This document shows, in pieces, positions 1 through 10,394 of a DNA stretch of 64,000 nucleotides. Source of the DNA: Abditibacterium sp. (GTDB lineage Bacteria > Armatimonadota > Abditibacteriia > Abditibacteriales > Abditibacteriaceae). The notes under the pieces are model-generated. The model searched no databases, was not told the DNA's origin, and saw only the letters and a list, made by a program, of their open reading frames with translations. The position numbers and the translations under genes were made by a program. The stretch is from the NCBI GenBank assembly GCA_965199495.1, contig CBDASK010000003.1, positions 4,576,001 through 4,640,000 on the forward strand. Reading direction: 5' to 3'. The number at the start of each line of letters is the position of its first letter. The stretch's first letter is position 1.

Positions 1-2
1 TG

Positions 3-893
3 ATGAAAACCCCAATTTTTGCGCTGAGCGCCACGCTCTGCTGCACGCTTCCTTTCTCCGCTTTGGCAGCTAATTCCGGCCCGAAACCTTCGCCGCCGCA
101 CTCGCAATTAATCCTTGAATCCATGCCGGAATCGCCCATCGTGCATCGCCGCATTACGACGTGGGTTTTTCTGCCGCAGGGCTACAACGACGCGCAAAAT
201 AAAACCAAGCGTTATCCGGTGATTTATCTGTTGCACGGGCAACCCGGCGGCTGGACGGACGCTTATCGTTCGGGCAAATTGGACGAAATGGCCGACAAAC
301 TCATCGCTGGCGGCGAAATGCCACCGGCGATTATGGTCGCCTTCGACGGCAACGGGCCGGAAGGTCTGGGCGACATGACGAATTTTTGCAATCGCGTGGA
401 CGGCTACCGGACGGAAGATTTCATCGTCAAAGGTTTGGTGCCTTACATGGACGCGACTTATCGCACGATTGCTAACGCCGATCATCGCGCAATCTGGGGC
501 TATTCATCGGGCGGCTATGGCGCGCTCAATCTGGGGTTCAAACATCCCGATGTATTTCACGTTTTGGCTTCGCAGGCCGGTTTTTATCAGCCGCAGGACG
601 ACAAAGGTTTGATGATGCGAGTTTTGGGCAAACCCGGCGACGGACTGTGGAAAGCCAACGATCCAACTTTAACTGTGCAAAATTTGCCGACCAACTCGCC
701 GATGAATGTTTACCTGGACGCCAGCCCCAACGAAGACGATTACGCTGGTTTTCAGAACATCGCTGCCTCGCTCAAGGCGCGCGGCGCCAACGTGGAAACG
801 CACTCGCTCGACAAAGCGCACGCGTGGCGATTAATCGTCAATCGCAGCCGCGACGCGCTGGTTTTCATCGGCAAAAGTTTCGGCGCTTCGTGA
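3..893 (+). CDS. Secreted alpha/beta-hydrolase, putative esterase family
   Basis: Signal peptide, YPVIYLLHG, GYSSGG nucleophile elbow, late H-x-W. Confidence 0.85.
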   Translation: MKTPIFALSATLCCTLPFSALAANSGPKPSPPHSQLILESMPESPIVHRRITTWVFLPQGYNDAQNKTKRYPVIYLLHGQPGGWTDAYRSGKLDEMADKLIAGGEMPPAIMVAFDGNGPEGLGDMTNFCNRVDGYRTEDFIVKGLVPYMDATYRTIANADHRAIWGYSSGGYGALNLGFKHPDVFHVLASQAGFYQPQDDKGLMMRVLGKPGDGLWKANDPTLTVQNLPTNSPMNVYLDASPNEDDYAGFQNIAASLKARGANVETHSLDKAHAWRLIVNRSRDALVFIGKSFGAS

Positions 894-927
894 TATTTTT
901 GGCTGAGTCGGGCAACGCGTCACTCGC

Positions 928-1968
928 CTATTCGGGCGCGCTGAGCCGATCGAAATACTTGTTGCGCGGCAACTGCGCTGTCGCGTCGTCATTCAATAAA
1001 GCTTCGATGGCGTTCGCGGGCATTTTGCCCGTCAGCCACGCGCGCAAATTTTCGCGGGCGGCTTCGATTTGCGCGTCTGTTGGCGGCTCGATATGCAGCG
1101 TGAGCGTTTCCGATTCGGGCGAATTGGAGCAACGTCCGGTGCCCTGATCGTGATATTCCCAGCCCAGACTTGTCGGCGTATTTTCGTCGAGCGCCAAGTC
1201 GAAGAGCGTCAAAAAACGCTGGCTTGGATTGCTCTCGCTGGCTCGCCAAACTTCCATCTGATCGGTGACGGCATCGAAGTCGGCGCTCCAATAACCGCCG
1301 TTGACGCCATGCAACTCCCAGCCACGCACGCCCGCGCGACCAAACTCGTTTTCGGATTGCAAATCCAATTCTAATTGCCGACAATTCTGGCTCCAGACCG
1401 ATTTTTCCAGCCAGCCGATCCACTGCGCCAACGGCTGCAACTCTTCGAGCGAACCGCAAATCCATTCCAAGTCGCGGTGGACATGATCGTCCATCGCCGA
1501 CAATTGCGGGTGCAACTGCGGATAAAAAATTTTCAGTAACTGCTTGGCGATGTTCTCGTCCGCGCCTTCCATCCAGTCGTGCATCGAGAGTTCGTAGCGA
1601 AACGGCAGGTCGTCGCGATTCCAACTTTCGCGGCAAAACCCGCTGCCATCGGCGCGCAGAAAAAGCGTTAAAGTGCGACTCAAAGATGGATCGTAGCCCA
1701 CGATAAAGCGCGCGATGTCGCCGCGCCCCAGCGCATCGGCGGCGATGGTGGGATAAGCAGCCACGTCGCCTTCCTGCGCGCTCGTGAGCGGCGTGGCGAC
1801 TGTCAGCGTTTTGGCCGCGCCGCCCGCGTTTTCGCGCGCGCGCAGAAAGAGCAAACCGTTGAGCGCGCGCAAATCGTAGGTTTTGCCGTGCCAATCGAGC
1901 TGACTTTGCGCCTGCGGCAAGTGGCGGCGCGGACGTTTTCTGTCCCACGGAAAAATCGGAAAATCCAT
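928..1968 (-). CDS. Hypothetical protein (346 aa)
   Basis: Long ORF with host-like codon use, 12 nt downstream of the co-oriented DUF6915-like gene. Confidence 0.7.
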   Translation of the reverse strand: MDFPIFPWDRKRPRRHLPQAQSQLDWHGKTYDLRALNGLLFLRARENAGGAAKTLTVATPLTSAQEGDVAAYPTIAADALGRGDIARFIVGYDPSLSRTLTLFLRADGSGFCRESWNRDDLPFRYELSMHDWMEGADENIAKQLLKIFYPQLHPQLSAMDDHVHRDLEWICGSLEELQPLAQWIGWLEKSVWSQNCRQLELDLQSENEFGRAGVRGWELHGVNGGYWSADFDAVTDQMEVWRASESNPSQRFLTLFDLALDENTPTSLGWEYHDQGTGRCSNSPESETLTLHIEPPTDAQIEAARENLRAWLTGKMPANAIEALLNDDATAQLPRNKYFDRLSAPE

Positions 1969-1980
1969 TGTGCCCTCAGT

Positions 1981-2409
1981 TTATTCGCCCGATGATTCGT
2001 CCGGCGCTTCTTCAATCGTCATTTCCTGCATTCGCCGTTTTTGATCGGGCGTCAATCCGTTCATCCAGCGACGCAGAGGCATTTCGCGCAGAAACTCGGC
2101 GGGCGTGGGAATCGCGTTCAAATCTTCCAAAATGTGCCGCTCAGCGACGGCGCGCGTCGGCACGGCTTCGCCGTCGGACGGACGTCGGTAAAGGTCGCCG
2201 AAAAACTGCTCGCACAGCGAAATTCCAAACGTCGAATGCAGCAGAGCGCGATGCCGCCAATCGGCGATGTAGAGTTTCGATTGATCCAAGAACTTGTGAA
2301 TCGGCACGTAATCGTCGGGCGTGCCGCCCCATTTGCGCGCCGACGATTCGGCATGAAAAAGGATGTCTCCTATGCTTGCAAGTTTGGGATATTCATGCGC
2401 GGCCCGCAT
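1981..2409 (-). CDS. DUF6915-like protein (start uncertain)
   Basis: HAESSARKWGG...IHKFLDQSK...RHRALLHSTFGI...AERHILED motifs. Confidence 0.75.
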   Translation of the reverse strand: MRAAHEYPKLASIGDILFHAESSARKWGGTPDDYVPIHKFLDQSKLYIADWRHRALLHSTFGISLCEQFFGDLYRRPSDGEAVPTRAVAERHILEDLNAIPTPAEFLREMPLRRWMNGLTPDQKRRMQEMTIEEAPDESSGE

Positions 2410-2450
2410 AAAATTAAACGTGTGTTGCTCTTCGACAAACTTATTCGTGA

Positions 2451-2487
2451 GCATACTTAAGCGACCTATAGCGACTTGTGATAACCT
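2451..2487 (+). promoter_or_regulatory. 10-bp-spaced GCGAC direct repeats plus -10-like TAACCT ahead of the HTH gene
   Basis: gcatacttaa/gcgacctata/gcgacttgtg; TAACCT lies 6 nt before ATG 2494. Confidence 0.45.
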
Positions 2488-2493
2488 CAAATC

Positions 2494-3099
2494 ATGCCCG
2501 AAATGTTTCTTACCGTCGAACAAACCGCCGCGCGTTTGCAGCTTTCGCCTTTAACGGTGCAGCGTCAACTCAAGCGCGGCGCGCTACGCGGCGTCAAGCG
2601 GGGCCGCGTGTGGCGCGTGCCCGAATCGGCGTTGGGCGAAAGTTCGCCGCCGACCGATTCGGATGGAGCGCAACAAAAAGCCGACGCGATTACAGCCGAA
2701 ATGCGAAGCGGCGACAGAAATCGGCGCAACGCCGCGCTGTTACAACTGCTGCGCGCCGATGCAGCCACGCGCTCAATCGTCGAGGCCGTGGCTGCCCATC
2801 AGCAGACGAGTTACGCGGGGCCGCAGCAAGATTGGAGCGATTGGCGGGTAAACTTACCTCAGATTACTCCGATGAAAATTACGCTCTTGGTTCAACTCGA
2901 CGCCGCGCCCGATGGCACGCCTGGCTTTTCGTCGTGGTGCCCCGAACTCGACATCGCCTCGCAAGGCGAAACCGAAGACGAAGCCCGCGTCAATCTGCGC
3001 GAGGCGCTGGAACTCTTCTTTGAAGACGCCGATGCGGATGAAGTCGCGCGGCGGCTGGCGCAGGGTGCGCGCGTGACGCAATTAGAGTTGGCGGCTTAG
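2494..3099 (+). CDS. Excisionase-type HTH protein fused in frame to a HicB-like antitoxin (internal ATG 2872)
   Basis: N-term LTVEQTAARLQLS..GRVWRVPES; C-term WCPELDIASQGETEDEARVNLREALELF. Confidence 0.75.
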   Translation: MPEMFLTVEQTAARLQLSPLTVQRQLKRGALRGVKRGRVWRVPESALGESSPPTDSDGAQQKADAITAEMRSGDRNRRNAALLQLLRADAATRSIVEAVAAHQQTSYAGPQQDWSDWRVNLPQITPMKITLLVQLDAAPDGTPGFSSWCPELDIASQGETEDEARVNLREALELFFEDADADEVARRLAQGARVTQLELAA

Positions 3100-3116
3100 T
3101 GCCCAAACTAAAATCT
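3099..3116 (+). pseudogene. Probable 5' stub of hicA toxin (MPKLK)
   Basis: TAGTG overlap with the hicB stop; HicA-like start, then unrelated AT-rich sequence. Confidence 0.35.
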
Positions 3117-3190
3117 ACGAAAATTTTTGAGAAGACCTTCACTCAAGATACTGAATTGAGTTATAATGTGATCAGCAGGAAGAAAATAAA

Positions 3191-3373
3191 ATGTCAAACA
3201 GACAAAAACCAGGGGAGAAGCCAAGCCGTTCAGGTGAATATATTGAGCGTGGCCCGCGAGGTGGAGAAGTATCGAAAGCCAGACAAGTCACGATTGAACC
3301 GCGCGATGAGAAATTGCCACCAACTCAGGAAAAAGGGCGGACATGGGAAAGAATTGGGCCACCTGATTCTTGA
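3191..3373 (+). CDS. YjzC-family small protein
   Basis: KPGEKPSRSGEYIERGPRGG...LPPTQEKGRTW; followed by a hairpin at about 3388-3422. Confidence 0.8.
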   Translation: MSNRQKPGEKPSRSGEYIERGPRGGEVSKARQVTIEPRDEKLPPTQEKGRTWERIGPPDS

Positions 3374-3532
3374 GCGTTCTGAAGTTCGCGGGTTCGCGTT
3401 TAAGCAGTAGACACGAACCCGCAATTTTCGTTACAGTTCACAAATCATGAAAATTACTCGCAGAAAGATTACGGACGGTTTATCTTTTCCAAAAATAGAT
3501 CAACTCCCCAACCTACGAATCCACCTAATCAA

Positions 3533-3889
3533 TTGAGTTTGGACGAATTTGCCAAGATGAGAGAGAAGTGTGAATTCTATTTCGTTAAACGGATAGACGC
3601 AATTTTGCACTTTAAGAACCACTGGCAAAAACTCACTCAATTTTCAAATTCTTGTGCAGCTTTCTGTTTTATCATGGGAATATTACTCAGTGCATTATTT
3701 GTTAAAATTAATATGGAGAAGAAAATCAATGACGCAAAAAGACAATCTCAAAGTGCCGTATCACAGGTTAGAAATTCCAGACTCTCAAACCGGCATAACG
3801 GAGGGGCAGGAGGCAGTATCAATAACGGAATATCCAGCCCAATCCCTCAACGAACCCGCGACATCGCAACCAGCACAACAAAACGATAA
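3533..3889 (+). pseudogene. C-terminal fragment of an AT-rich membrane protein
   Basis: One TM segment; frame is open from about 3404 without a convincing start. Confidence 0.35.
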
Positions 3890-3941
3890 CCGCGAACCAG
3901 AAGCATCAACCCCGCCAAATCCAACTCCACAGGAGAACTAA
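3729..3941 (+). CDS. Small acidic Pro/Gln-rich protein A
   Basis: GGAGA RBS before ATG; shares TxYPAxxLNxPA with the next ORF. Confidence 0.55.
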   Translation: MTQKDNLKVPYHRLEIPDSQTGITEGQEAVSITEYPAQSLNEPATSQPAQQNDNREPEASTPPNPTPQEN

Positions 3942-3945
3942 AATA

Positions 3946-4143
3946 ATGCCCGACGAATACTTCGATAAAGCTATTCACGCCGATCCACATCAATCAGGTA
4001 ATGCTTACAAAGGCGATTTAGCAGCGATGTTAACTGCATATCCAGCAGAGATGTTGAATCAACCAGCACTGCAAGAAACTCCAGCCACACCACCGACCAC
4101 AGCAGAAGCACCGCCTACTCAAGCGCCTCCTACTGCGGATTGA
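3946..4143 (+). CDS. Small acidic Pro/Thr-rich protein B
   Basis: AGGAGA RBS; shares TxYPAxxLNxPA with the previous ORF. Confidence 0.6.
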   Translation: MPDEYFDKAIHADPHQSGNAYKGDLAAMLTAYPAEMLNQPALQETPATPPTTAEAPPTQAPPTAD

Positions 4144-4260
4144 CAACCGTATATTGCTGTTTGTGTAAGAGTCCATAATATCCCAGATATTATGGACTTT
4201 CGCATTTCTCTGGCATTTTTGAATTGAGCGGTCGTTTCCTTTGTGGAACTTACTTCCGTC

Positions 4261-4285
4261 AAATCCGACCGCTCAACTCGGATAA
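4261..4285. promoter_or_regulatory. Putative Rrf2/IscR-type operator upstream of suf
   Basis: ATCCGA-N9-TCGGAT palindrome. Confidence 0.45.
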
Positions 4286-4446
4286 CTAATGGATGCCACA
4301 AGCATTACCCGCGCCAGCAATGGAGCGATGAACGGTTTTTTCCGTCTATAAGCGGATGCAGCAGCCACGTCGCGTGGCAACGTCAGCGCAGAAAATCGCG
4401 TGGCGCCATCATTGCATCGCTTAAATGCCGCGAGGCAAACCCCAAA

Positions 4447-5892
4447 ATGATTACCGAAGCACAATTAGCGCAGGATTTGGAAGTTCAGGAATATCAGGCC
4501 GGATTCGTCACCGATATCGAATCCGAAAATATCGGGCGCGGTTTGTCCGAGGAGACCGTGCGCACCATCTCGGCCAAGAAAAATGAGCCGGACTGGTTGT
4601 TGCAGTGGCGACTCAAGGCCTATCGCAACTGGCTCAAAATGGAAGAGCCGCACTGGGCCAACGCGCAATATCCCGCCGTTGATTACCAGAATATCATCTA
4701 TTATTCGGCGCCCAAAGAAAAGGTTTTGTTGGATTCATTGGATCAAGTCGATCCGAAATTGCTCGAAACTTACAAAAAGTTGGGCATTCCTTTGGAAGAA
4801 CAGAAGCTCTTGGCGGGCGTGGCTGTGGATGCCGTTTTTGATTCGGTTTCTGTCGCCACGACATTCAAAGGCGCGCTGAAAGAAGTCGGCGTGATTTTCT
4901 GTTCGTTCTCCGAAGCGGTGCAGGAACACCCCGAACTCGTCAAAAAATATTTGGGCAGCGTCGTTCCGGCGACCGACAACTATTTCGCGGCATTGAACTC
5001 GGCGGTGTTTTCCGATGGTTCGTTCGTTTTCATTCCCAAGGGCGTCAAATGCCCGATGGAGCTTTCGACGTATTTTCGCATTAATACGCAGGACACCGGA
5101 CAATTCGAGCGCACGCTAATTGTTTGCGAAGACGATGCGCAAGTTTCGTATCTCGAAGGTTGCACGGCGCCCAAGTTCGATACCAACCAATTGCACGCGG
5201 CGGTTGTCGAATTGGTGGCTTTGGATCGCGCCAACATCAAATATTCGACCGTCCAAAACTGGTATCCGGGCGATAAAAACGGCAAAGGCGGCATCTATAA
5301 CTTCGTAACCAAGCGCGGTGCCTGTCGCGGCGAATCGAGCAAGATTTCGTGGACGCAGGTCGAAACCGGCAGCGCCATCACCTGGAAATATCCCGGCGTG
5401 ATTTTGCAGGGCGATAATTCAATTGGCGAGTTTTATTCGGTCGCCGTCACCAATAACGCGCAACTCGCCGATACCGGAACCAAGATGATTCACATCGGCA
5501 AAAATACGCGCTCGACGATTGTCAGCAAAGGCATTTCGGCGGGGCGCGGGCAGAACTCGTATCGCGGTCTGGTGAAGGTTTTGAAAGGCGCCGAAAACGC
5601 GCGCAACTTCTCGCAGTGCGATAGTTTGCTCATCGGCGACCGTTGCGGCGCGCATACGTTTCCGTATATTGAAGTGCGCAATCCGACGGCGAAAATCGAA
5701 CATGAAGCCTCGACATCGAAGGTCGGCGAAGACCAGATTTTCTATTGCAATCAGCGCGGCATCCCGACCGAAGACGCGGTTTCGATGATCGTCAACGGCT
5801 TCTGCAAAGAGGTCTTCAAAGAATTGCCGATGGAATTCGCCGTCGAAGCGCAGAAGTTGCTGGGAATCTCGCTGGAAGGAAGCGTTGGCTAA
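4447..5892 (+). CDS. sufB: Fe-S cluster assembly protein SufB
   Basis: [40 protein letters not shown]. Confidence 0.97.
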   Translation: MITEAQLAQDLEVQEYQAGFVTDIESENIGRGLSEETVRTISAKKNEPDWLLQWRLKAYRNWLKMEEPHWANAQYPAVDYQNIIYYSAPKEKVLLDSLDQVDPKLLETYKKLGIPLEEQKLLAGVAVDAVFDSVSVATTFKGALKEVGVIFCSFSEAVQEHPELVKKYLGSVVPATDNYFAALNSAVFSDGSFVFIPKGVKCPMELSTYFRINTQDTGQFERTLIVCEDDAQVSYLEGCTAPKFDTNQLHAAVVELVALDRANIKYSTVQNWYPGDKNGKGGIYNFVTKRGACRGESSKISWTQVETGSAITWKYPGVILQGDNSIGEFYSVAVTNNAQLADTGTKMIHIGKNTRSTIVSKGISAGRGQNSYRGLVKVLKGAENARNFSQCDSLLIGDRCGAHTFPYIEVRNPTAKIEHEASTSKVGEDQIFYCNQRGIPTEDAVSMIVNGFCKEVFKELPMEFAVEAQKLLGISLEGSVG

Positions 5893-5903
5893 AACAAAAT
5901 TTA

Positions 5904-6023
5904 TTTCACACAAACAAACAAAGAACGGCACAAAGAAAACGAAGGGAATGAAGAAGCTTAAATGCTTTATTTGCTTCCGACTCTTTGTTTTCTTTGTGCC
6001 GTTCTTTGTTTCTTTGTGTGAAA
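5904..6023. repeat. Long intergenic inverted repeat (CACAAAG family)
   Basis: About 37-bp arms TTTCACACAAACAAACAAAGAACGGCACAAAGAAAAC with one mismatch. Confidence 0.9.
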
Positions 6024-6038
6024 CTCCCATTTCTACAA

Positions 6039-6815
6039 ATGTCATTACTTGAAATTAAAAATTTACACGCGCGCGTCGAAGATAAAGAAATCTTGCGCGG
6101 CATTAACTTAACCATCAATCCCGGCGAAGTCCACGCGATTATGGGGCCAAACGGTTCGGGCAAATCCACGCTCGCCTCGGTTTTGGCCGGGCGCGAAGAG
6201 TATGAAGTCACCGGCGGCGAAGTTTTATTCGAGGGCAAAGATTTGCTCGATATGAAGCCCGAAGAGCGCGCGGGCGAAGGTCTGTTTCTGGCGTTTCAAT
6301 ATCCGGTCGAAATTCCCGGCGTGAACACACAGGTCTTTTTGCGCGCGGCGGTCAATGGCATTCGCAAGCACCAAGGTCAGGAAGAGATGAGCGCGATGGA
6401 CTTCTTGAAAGCCGTCAAAGAGAAGTCGAAGTTGGTTGAATTGCCCGATAACTTGCTCAAGCGCAGCGTGAACGAAGGCTTTTCGGGCGGCGAAAAGAAA
6501 CGCTCGGAAGTGTTTCAAATGGCGTTGCTCGAACCGAAAATGGCGGTCTTGGATGAAACCGATTCGGGTTTGGATATTGACGCATTGCGCATCGTCGCCA
6601 ATGGTGTGAATATGCAGCGCTCGCCGGAAAAGTCAGCGCTTGTTATCACGCATTATCAGCGTTTGCTGGATTATATCGTGCCGGATTTCGTGCACGTTTT
6701 GTATCAGGGTCGTATTATCAAATCGGGCGGCAAAGAGTTGGCGCAGGAACTGGATGAGACTGGTTACGACGAAATTATCGCCGGTTACGCGGATAACAAT
6801 GGAGCGGGAGTTTAA
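6039..6815 (+). CDS. sufC: Fe-S cluster assembly ATPase SufC
   Basis: GPNGSGKST, NEGFSGGEKKR, LDETDSGLDIDAL. Confidence 0.97.
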   Translation: MSLLEIKNLHARVEDKEILRGINLTINPGEVHAIMGPNGSGKSTLASVLAGREEYEVTGGEVLFEGKDLLDMKPEERAGEGLFLAFQYPVEIPGVNTQVFLRAAVNGIRKHQGQEEMSAMDFLKAVKEKSKLVELPDNLLKRSVNEGFSGGEKKRSEVFQMALLEPKMAVLDETDSGLDIDALRIVANGVNMQRSPEKSALVITHYQRLLDYIVPDFVHVLYQGRIIKSGGKELAQELDETGYDEIIAGYADNNGAGV

Positions 6816-6859
6816 ATTTTAATCAGAAAGCATTGAGGTTTAATTTACACACTAAAACT

Positions 6860-8176
6860 ATGGCTTCTCCCACGACACAAACCGCCGTCGAGCATTACGT
6901 TTCGGCGTTTACCGACTTTCAAATAGACCATCCGGCCCCGACGTGGCTGACAGAAAAACGCCGCGCCGCGATGGACGCGTTTAAAACGCTCGGCTTCCCA
7001 ACAACGCGCGACGAGGAATGGAAATATACCGACATCACTCCAGTCGCCAACCTTGCAGCCACGCCGATCTTCCGGCCCGATTTGAATGGTAACGCACCGC
7101 ATATCGCCGCCCAATTGCCGTTTGGCGAATTGGCCGGGCATCGTTTGACTTTCGTCAACGGCCACTTCGCGCCCGAATTATCCAATATCAAAGCGTTGCC
7201 GACTGGCGCCACGATTAAGCCAATGTCTCGCGCGATTGAAGAAGACGGCGAACTTTTGCAGCAGCATTTTGGGCGCCATCTCGATTGGCGTAACGAAACA
7301 TTCGCCGCTCTCAACACCGCGTTCGCGCAGGACGGTGCATTTATTCATCTGGCCGATGGCGTTGCGCTCGAAGATTCGATTCATTTAACGTTTATTTCGA
7401 GCGGCGACGGCGAAACCGTGACGCATCCGCGCAACCTGATACTCTTGGGCGCGGGCGCCGTGGCTCATATCGTCGAGACTTACGCGGCGGCGGATGATGG
7501 CGTCTATTTTTGCAACGCCATCACCGAAGTCGAGACCTCGGACGGCGCGCAACTCGAACACATCAAAGTGCAGCGCGAAGGCGAGAAAGCGTTTCACGTC
7601 GGCACGTTTCAATTGCATAGCGCCGAGAATGTGACGGCGAGTTCGCATTGTCTCAACTTTGGCGGGCGCATCGTGCGCAACAACTCTAACGCGGTTTTGA
7701 GCGCCGAGAACAGCGAAATCACGCTCAACGGTTTAGTCGTCGGGCGCGGATCGCAGCACGTTGATAATCACACCGTGATGGATCACGCGCAGCCGCACTG
7801 CGATTCGCACGAGAACTACGCGCATGTTTTGGACGACAAAAGCGTTGGCGTTTTCAACGGCAAAATCTTCGTGCGCGAAGACGCGCAAAAGACCGACGCC
7901 AAACAATCGAACCGCACGTTGCTGTTGTCGCGCGACGCTCAAATTGATGCCAAACCGCAGCTCGAAATCTTCGCCGACGACGTGAAATGCACGCACGGCG
8001 CCACCATCGGCCAACTCGACGAGGAAGCGTTATTTTACCTGCGCGCGCGTGGCGTGCCCGAACGCGACGCGCGTAACATTTTGATTCGCGCGTTCGCGGC
8101 GGAAGTCTTCGAGACGATTTCGCAGGACGATTTGCGCGAGGCATTGGAAGGTGAGTTGAATCAGCGTTTGGGGTGA
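6860..8176 (+). CDS. sufD: Fe-S cluster assembly protein SufD
   Basis: EEWKYT, KPQLEIFADDVKCTHGAT. Confidence 0.95.
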   Translation: MASPTTQTAVEHYVSAFTDFQIDHPAPTWLTEKRRAAMDAFKTLGFPTTRDEEWKYTDITPVANLAATPIFRPDLNGNAPHIAAQLPFGELAGHRLTFVNGHFAPELSNIKALPTGATIKPMSRAIEEDGELLQQHFGRHLDWRNETFAALNTAFAQDGAFIHLADGVALEDSIHLTFISSGDGETVTHPRNLILLGAGAVAHIVETYAAADDGVYFCNAITEVETSDGAQLEHIKVQREGEKAFHVGTFQLHSAENVTASSHCLNFGGRIVRNNSNAVLSAENSEITLNGLVVGRGSQHVDNHTVMDHAQPHCDSHENYAHVLDDKSVGVFNGKIFVREDAQKTDAKQSNRTLLLSRDAQIDAKPQLEIFADDVKCTHGATIGQLDEEALFYLRARGVPERDARNILIRAFAAEVFETISQDDLREALEGELNQRLG

Positions 8177-8227
8177 ACCTTTCCTTGGCACAACACGAAT
8201 CAAAACTCGTTGAGAGAACCTGTTTCT

Positions 8228-8980
8228 ATGTCTCGATTCAAACATCTCGCGCTGCTTTTAGCGTTCTCTATTTTTAGAACAGGCGTTGTCTTAGCTTCTC
8301 CAGTCCCGTCCTTTGAAATCAAACCTCTGGCCAAAAGCCATGTTCTCTCCCAAGAAGTTCGCGCAGCGATGCCTGCGGGTTCGCACACTCGGTTCGCTGG
8401 TGTTTATCAGCCGACTTCGCCCAAGACGAGGTTACTGCTACATCTCTACGAAGTCCCATTCAACGCGCAAGAGATGGAGACGCGCGTGGAAGGTTACGCG
8501 GACAGCAACTTGAGATTAGATGTTTTTCATCGCACGGCTGCTAAAACCTCGCCGCATTGGGAGAGGCTCAACTCTGTTTTCATCAAGGCCGACGAATTGG
8601 ACAATGGACTGTCGTTCGATAAAATCAGTTTCAACTGGCAGTGGCTCGATCCGGCAAAGCGAAAGATACCCGTTCTAAACCTCAATTTCCACGATAGCGA
8701 CGGCTTTTATGGTGGGTTGGGTTACATCGTTCTCCTCGTTTTTCCGCAGGGTTTAAGCGCTCCTGCATTCAAGGACATAAGTTTTTATGGTTGGGAACAA
8801 ATGGATCAGTATTTCGGTAAGATGGAATTGAATGCTTTGGACGAACACGGGTTAGCGATGGAACGTAGCGAGGCCAAAACCGCCCCAGACAACACACTTG
8901 GAGTGGAAGAAAGCCGCTGGAACGGTCATGGTTTTACCCGCAGCTTCAAGCCATACATACCTACTCAACACGCGAGATAA
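8228..8980 (+). CDS. Hypothetical exported protein
   Basis: ORF with signal-peptide-like N-terminus. Confidence 0.65.
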   Translation: MSRFKHLALLLAFSIFRTGVVLASPVPSFEIKPLAKSHVLSQEVRAAMPAGSHTRFAGVYQPTSPKTRLLLHLYEVPFNAQEMETRVEGYADSNLRLDVFHRTAAKTSPHWERLNSVFIKADELDNGLSFDKISFNWQWLDPAKRKIPVLNLNFHDSDGFYGGLGYIVLLVFPQGLSAPAFKDISFYGWEQMDQYFGKMELNALDEHGLAMERSEAKTAPDNTLGVEESRWNGHGFTRSFKPYIPTQHAR

Positions 8981-9252
8981 ACAATAGAAACGGTTCGCTT
9001 TTCAACGAGGAAACCGGACCGCTTTGCGATACAAGTGGGACTTGCGTTCTCTTCCAATCTTTGTGCTTTCGAAAACCCAGATTGGAAAAAAATAGCAAAA
9101 CGGAAAAGCTGGCGAACAATCTGGTGTTCGGCAGCTTTTCATCTGTTTGTTAGCCAAACGTTGAATCACTGCGCCATTTTAATTTCGCCTACGAAAATAT
9201 CATCACACTCCACGCTTGAAAAAATAAATGTTTGAAAACTCGCTAATCTGGG

Positions 9253-9284
9253 TATAATCTATTTGCGCATACGAATGTGCAAAT
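9253..9284 (+). promoter_or_regulatory. -10 box TATAAT and palindromic LacI-type operator
   Basis: TATAAT 9253-9258; ATTTGCGCATACGAATGTGCAAAT at 9261-9284 with central CG. Confidence 0.65.
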
Positions 9285-9291
9285 AACTCTA

Positions 9292-10311
9292 ATGCCCGTT
9301 ACCGCCAAAGAACTCGCCCGCGAACTGAATTTATCGCAGCCCACGGTTTCGCGGATTTTGAGTGGCGATACCAACCATCGGGCGGCGGCGGCGACGCGAG
9401 AGCGCGTGATGGAAGCGGCCAAACGGTTGGGCTATCAGCCCAATGCGGTCGCCAGTTCGTTGCGGCGCGGGCGCACCGATATTATCGGGTTGCATACCAG
9501 CTACGACTACGATGTGCGCAACGAGTTTCTGGGCGCTATCGTCGGCAGTTTGCAACGCGCGTGTTCGGCGCATTCTTTGGATGTGTTGCTGCATTCGGCG
9601 TTGTCGGGCGTTTCGGCGCGCGAGATGTTTGGAAAACTCCGCGATGGGCGCATTGACGGTTTGATTTTGCATTCGCCCAGCGATGATCCGCTCGTTGGTT
9701 TGTTGCGCAAATCGAATTTCCCCGTCGTCGTCGTGGCTGACCCATTGCCCGGCATGACCTCGGTCACCAGCGACGATGCGGGCGGCATGGAATTACTCAT
9801 CGCCCATTTGTGGGAGCGTGGCTATCGTCAGTTCGCGTTTGTGGCGCCGCGTAGCGAATTGGCTTCGGTCGAGCGGCGGCGCATCGCCTTCGATTGCGAA
9901 CTGGAAAAACGTGCGTTGCCCGCAACGAACTTTCGCACTTTTGCGATAGATTTCGAACATACCGCGCCCGTTTTGCCCGAACTGCTCGCCGTGGCTCATA
10001 GCGTGGGCGAGCGATTGGCGGTGTGTTGCTGGAACGACCGCGCCGCCCACAATTTGCTGGGCGACTGCGCACGCAACGGCGTGAGCGTGCCGCAAACGTT
10101 GGCAATCACCGGTTTCGATGGTTTCACGGACGATAAATTACCGGCGCGCCAGTTGGTGACGGCGATTTGTCCCTGGGAAGCCGTCGCAGCCACGGCGCTC
10201 GAACAGTTGCGCGCGCTCATTGATGCGCGCGGCCAAAAATCAGCGGCGTCTAAACCGGCGCCGCAAGAGACGTGCTTGCCGGTTCAACTCCGCATCGGCG
10301 ATACGACCTGA
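9292..10311 (+). CDS. LacI-family transcriptional regulator
   Basis: [36 protein letters not shown]. Confidence 0.93.
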   Translation: MPVTAKELARELNLSQPTVSRILSGDTNHRAAAATRERVMEAAKRLGYQPNAVASSLRRGRTDIIGLHTSYDYDVRNEFLGAIVGSLQRACSAHSLDVLLHSALSGVSAREMFGKLRDGRIDGLILHSPSDDPLVGLLRKSNFPVVVVADPLPGMTSVTSDDAGGMELLIAHLWERGYRQFAFVAPRSELASVERRRIAFDCELEKRALPATNFRTFAIDFEHTAPVLPELLAVAHSVGERLAVCCWNDRAAHNLLGDCARNGVSVPQTLAITGFDGFTDDKLPARQLVTAICPWEAVAATALEQLRALIDARGQKSAASKPAPQETCLPVQLRIGDTT

Positions 10312-10394
10312 CGCCCCAGCGTCATACAAACGAGGCGATTTTGCTTTCACTTGCTTCGCTTTTCAGCTCATTTTTCCACCAAGGAACTCTCCCA

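Noticed and set aside
928..4143. Prophage or integrative element
   Set aside because: No integrase, structural genes or att pair recognised; only remnants
4243..4446. N-terminal extension of SufB
   Set aside because: Not SufB-like; ATG 4447 with a GAGG upstream fits better
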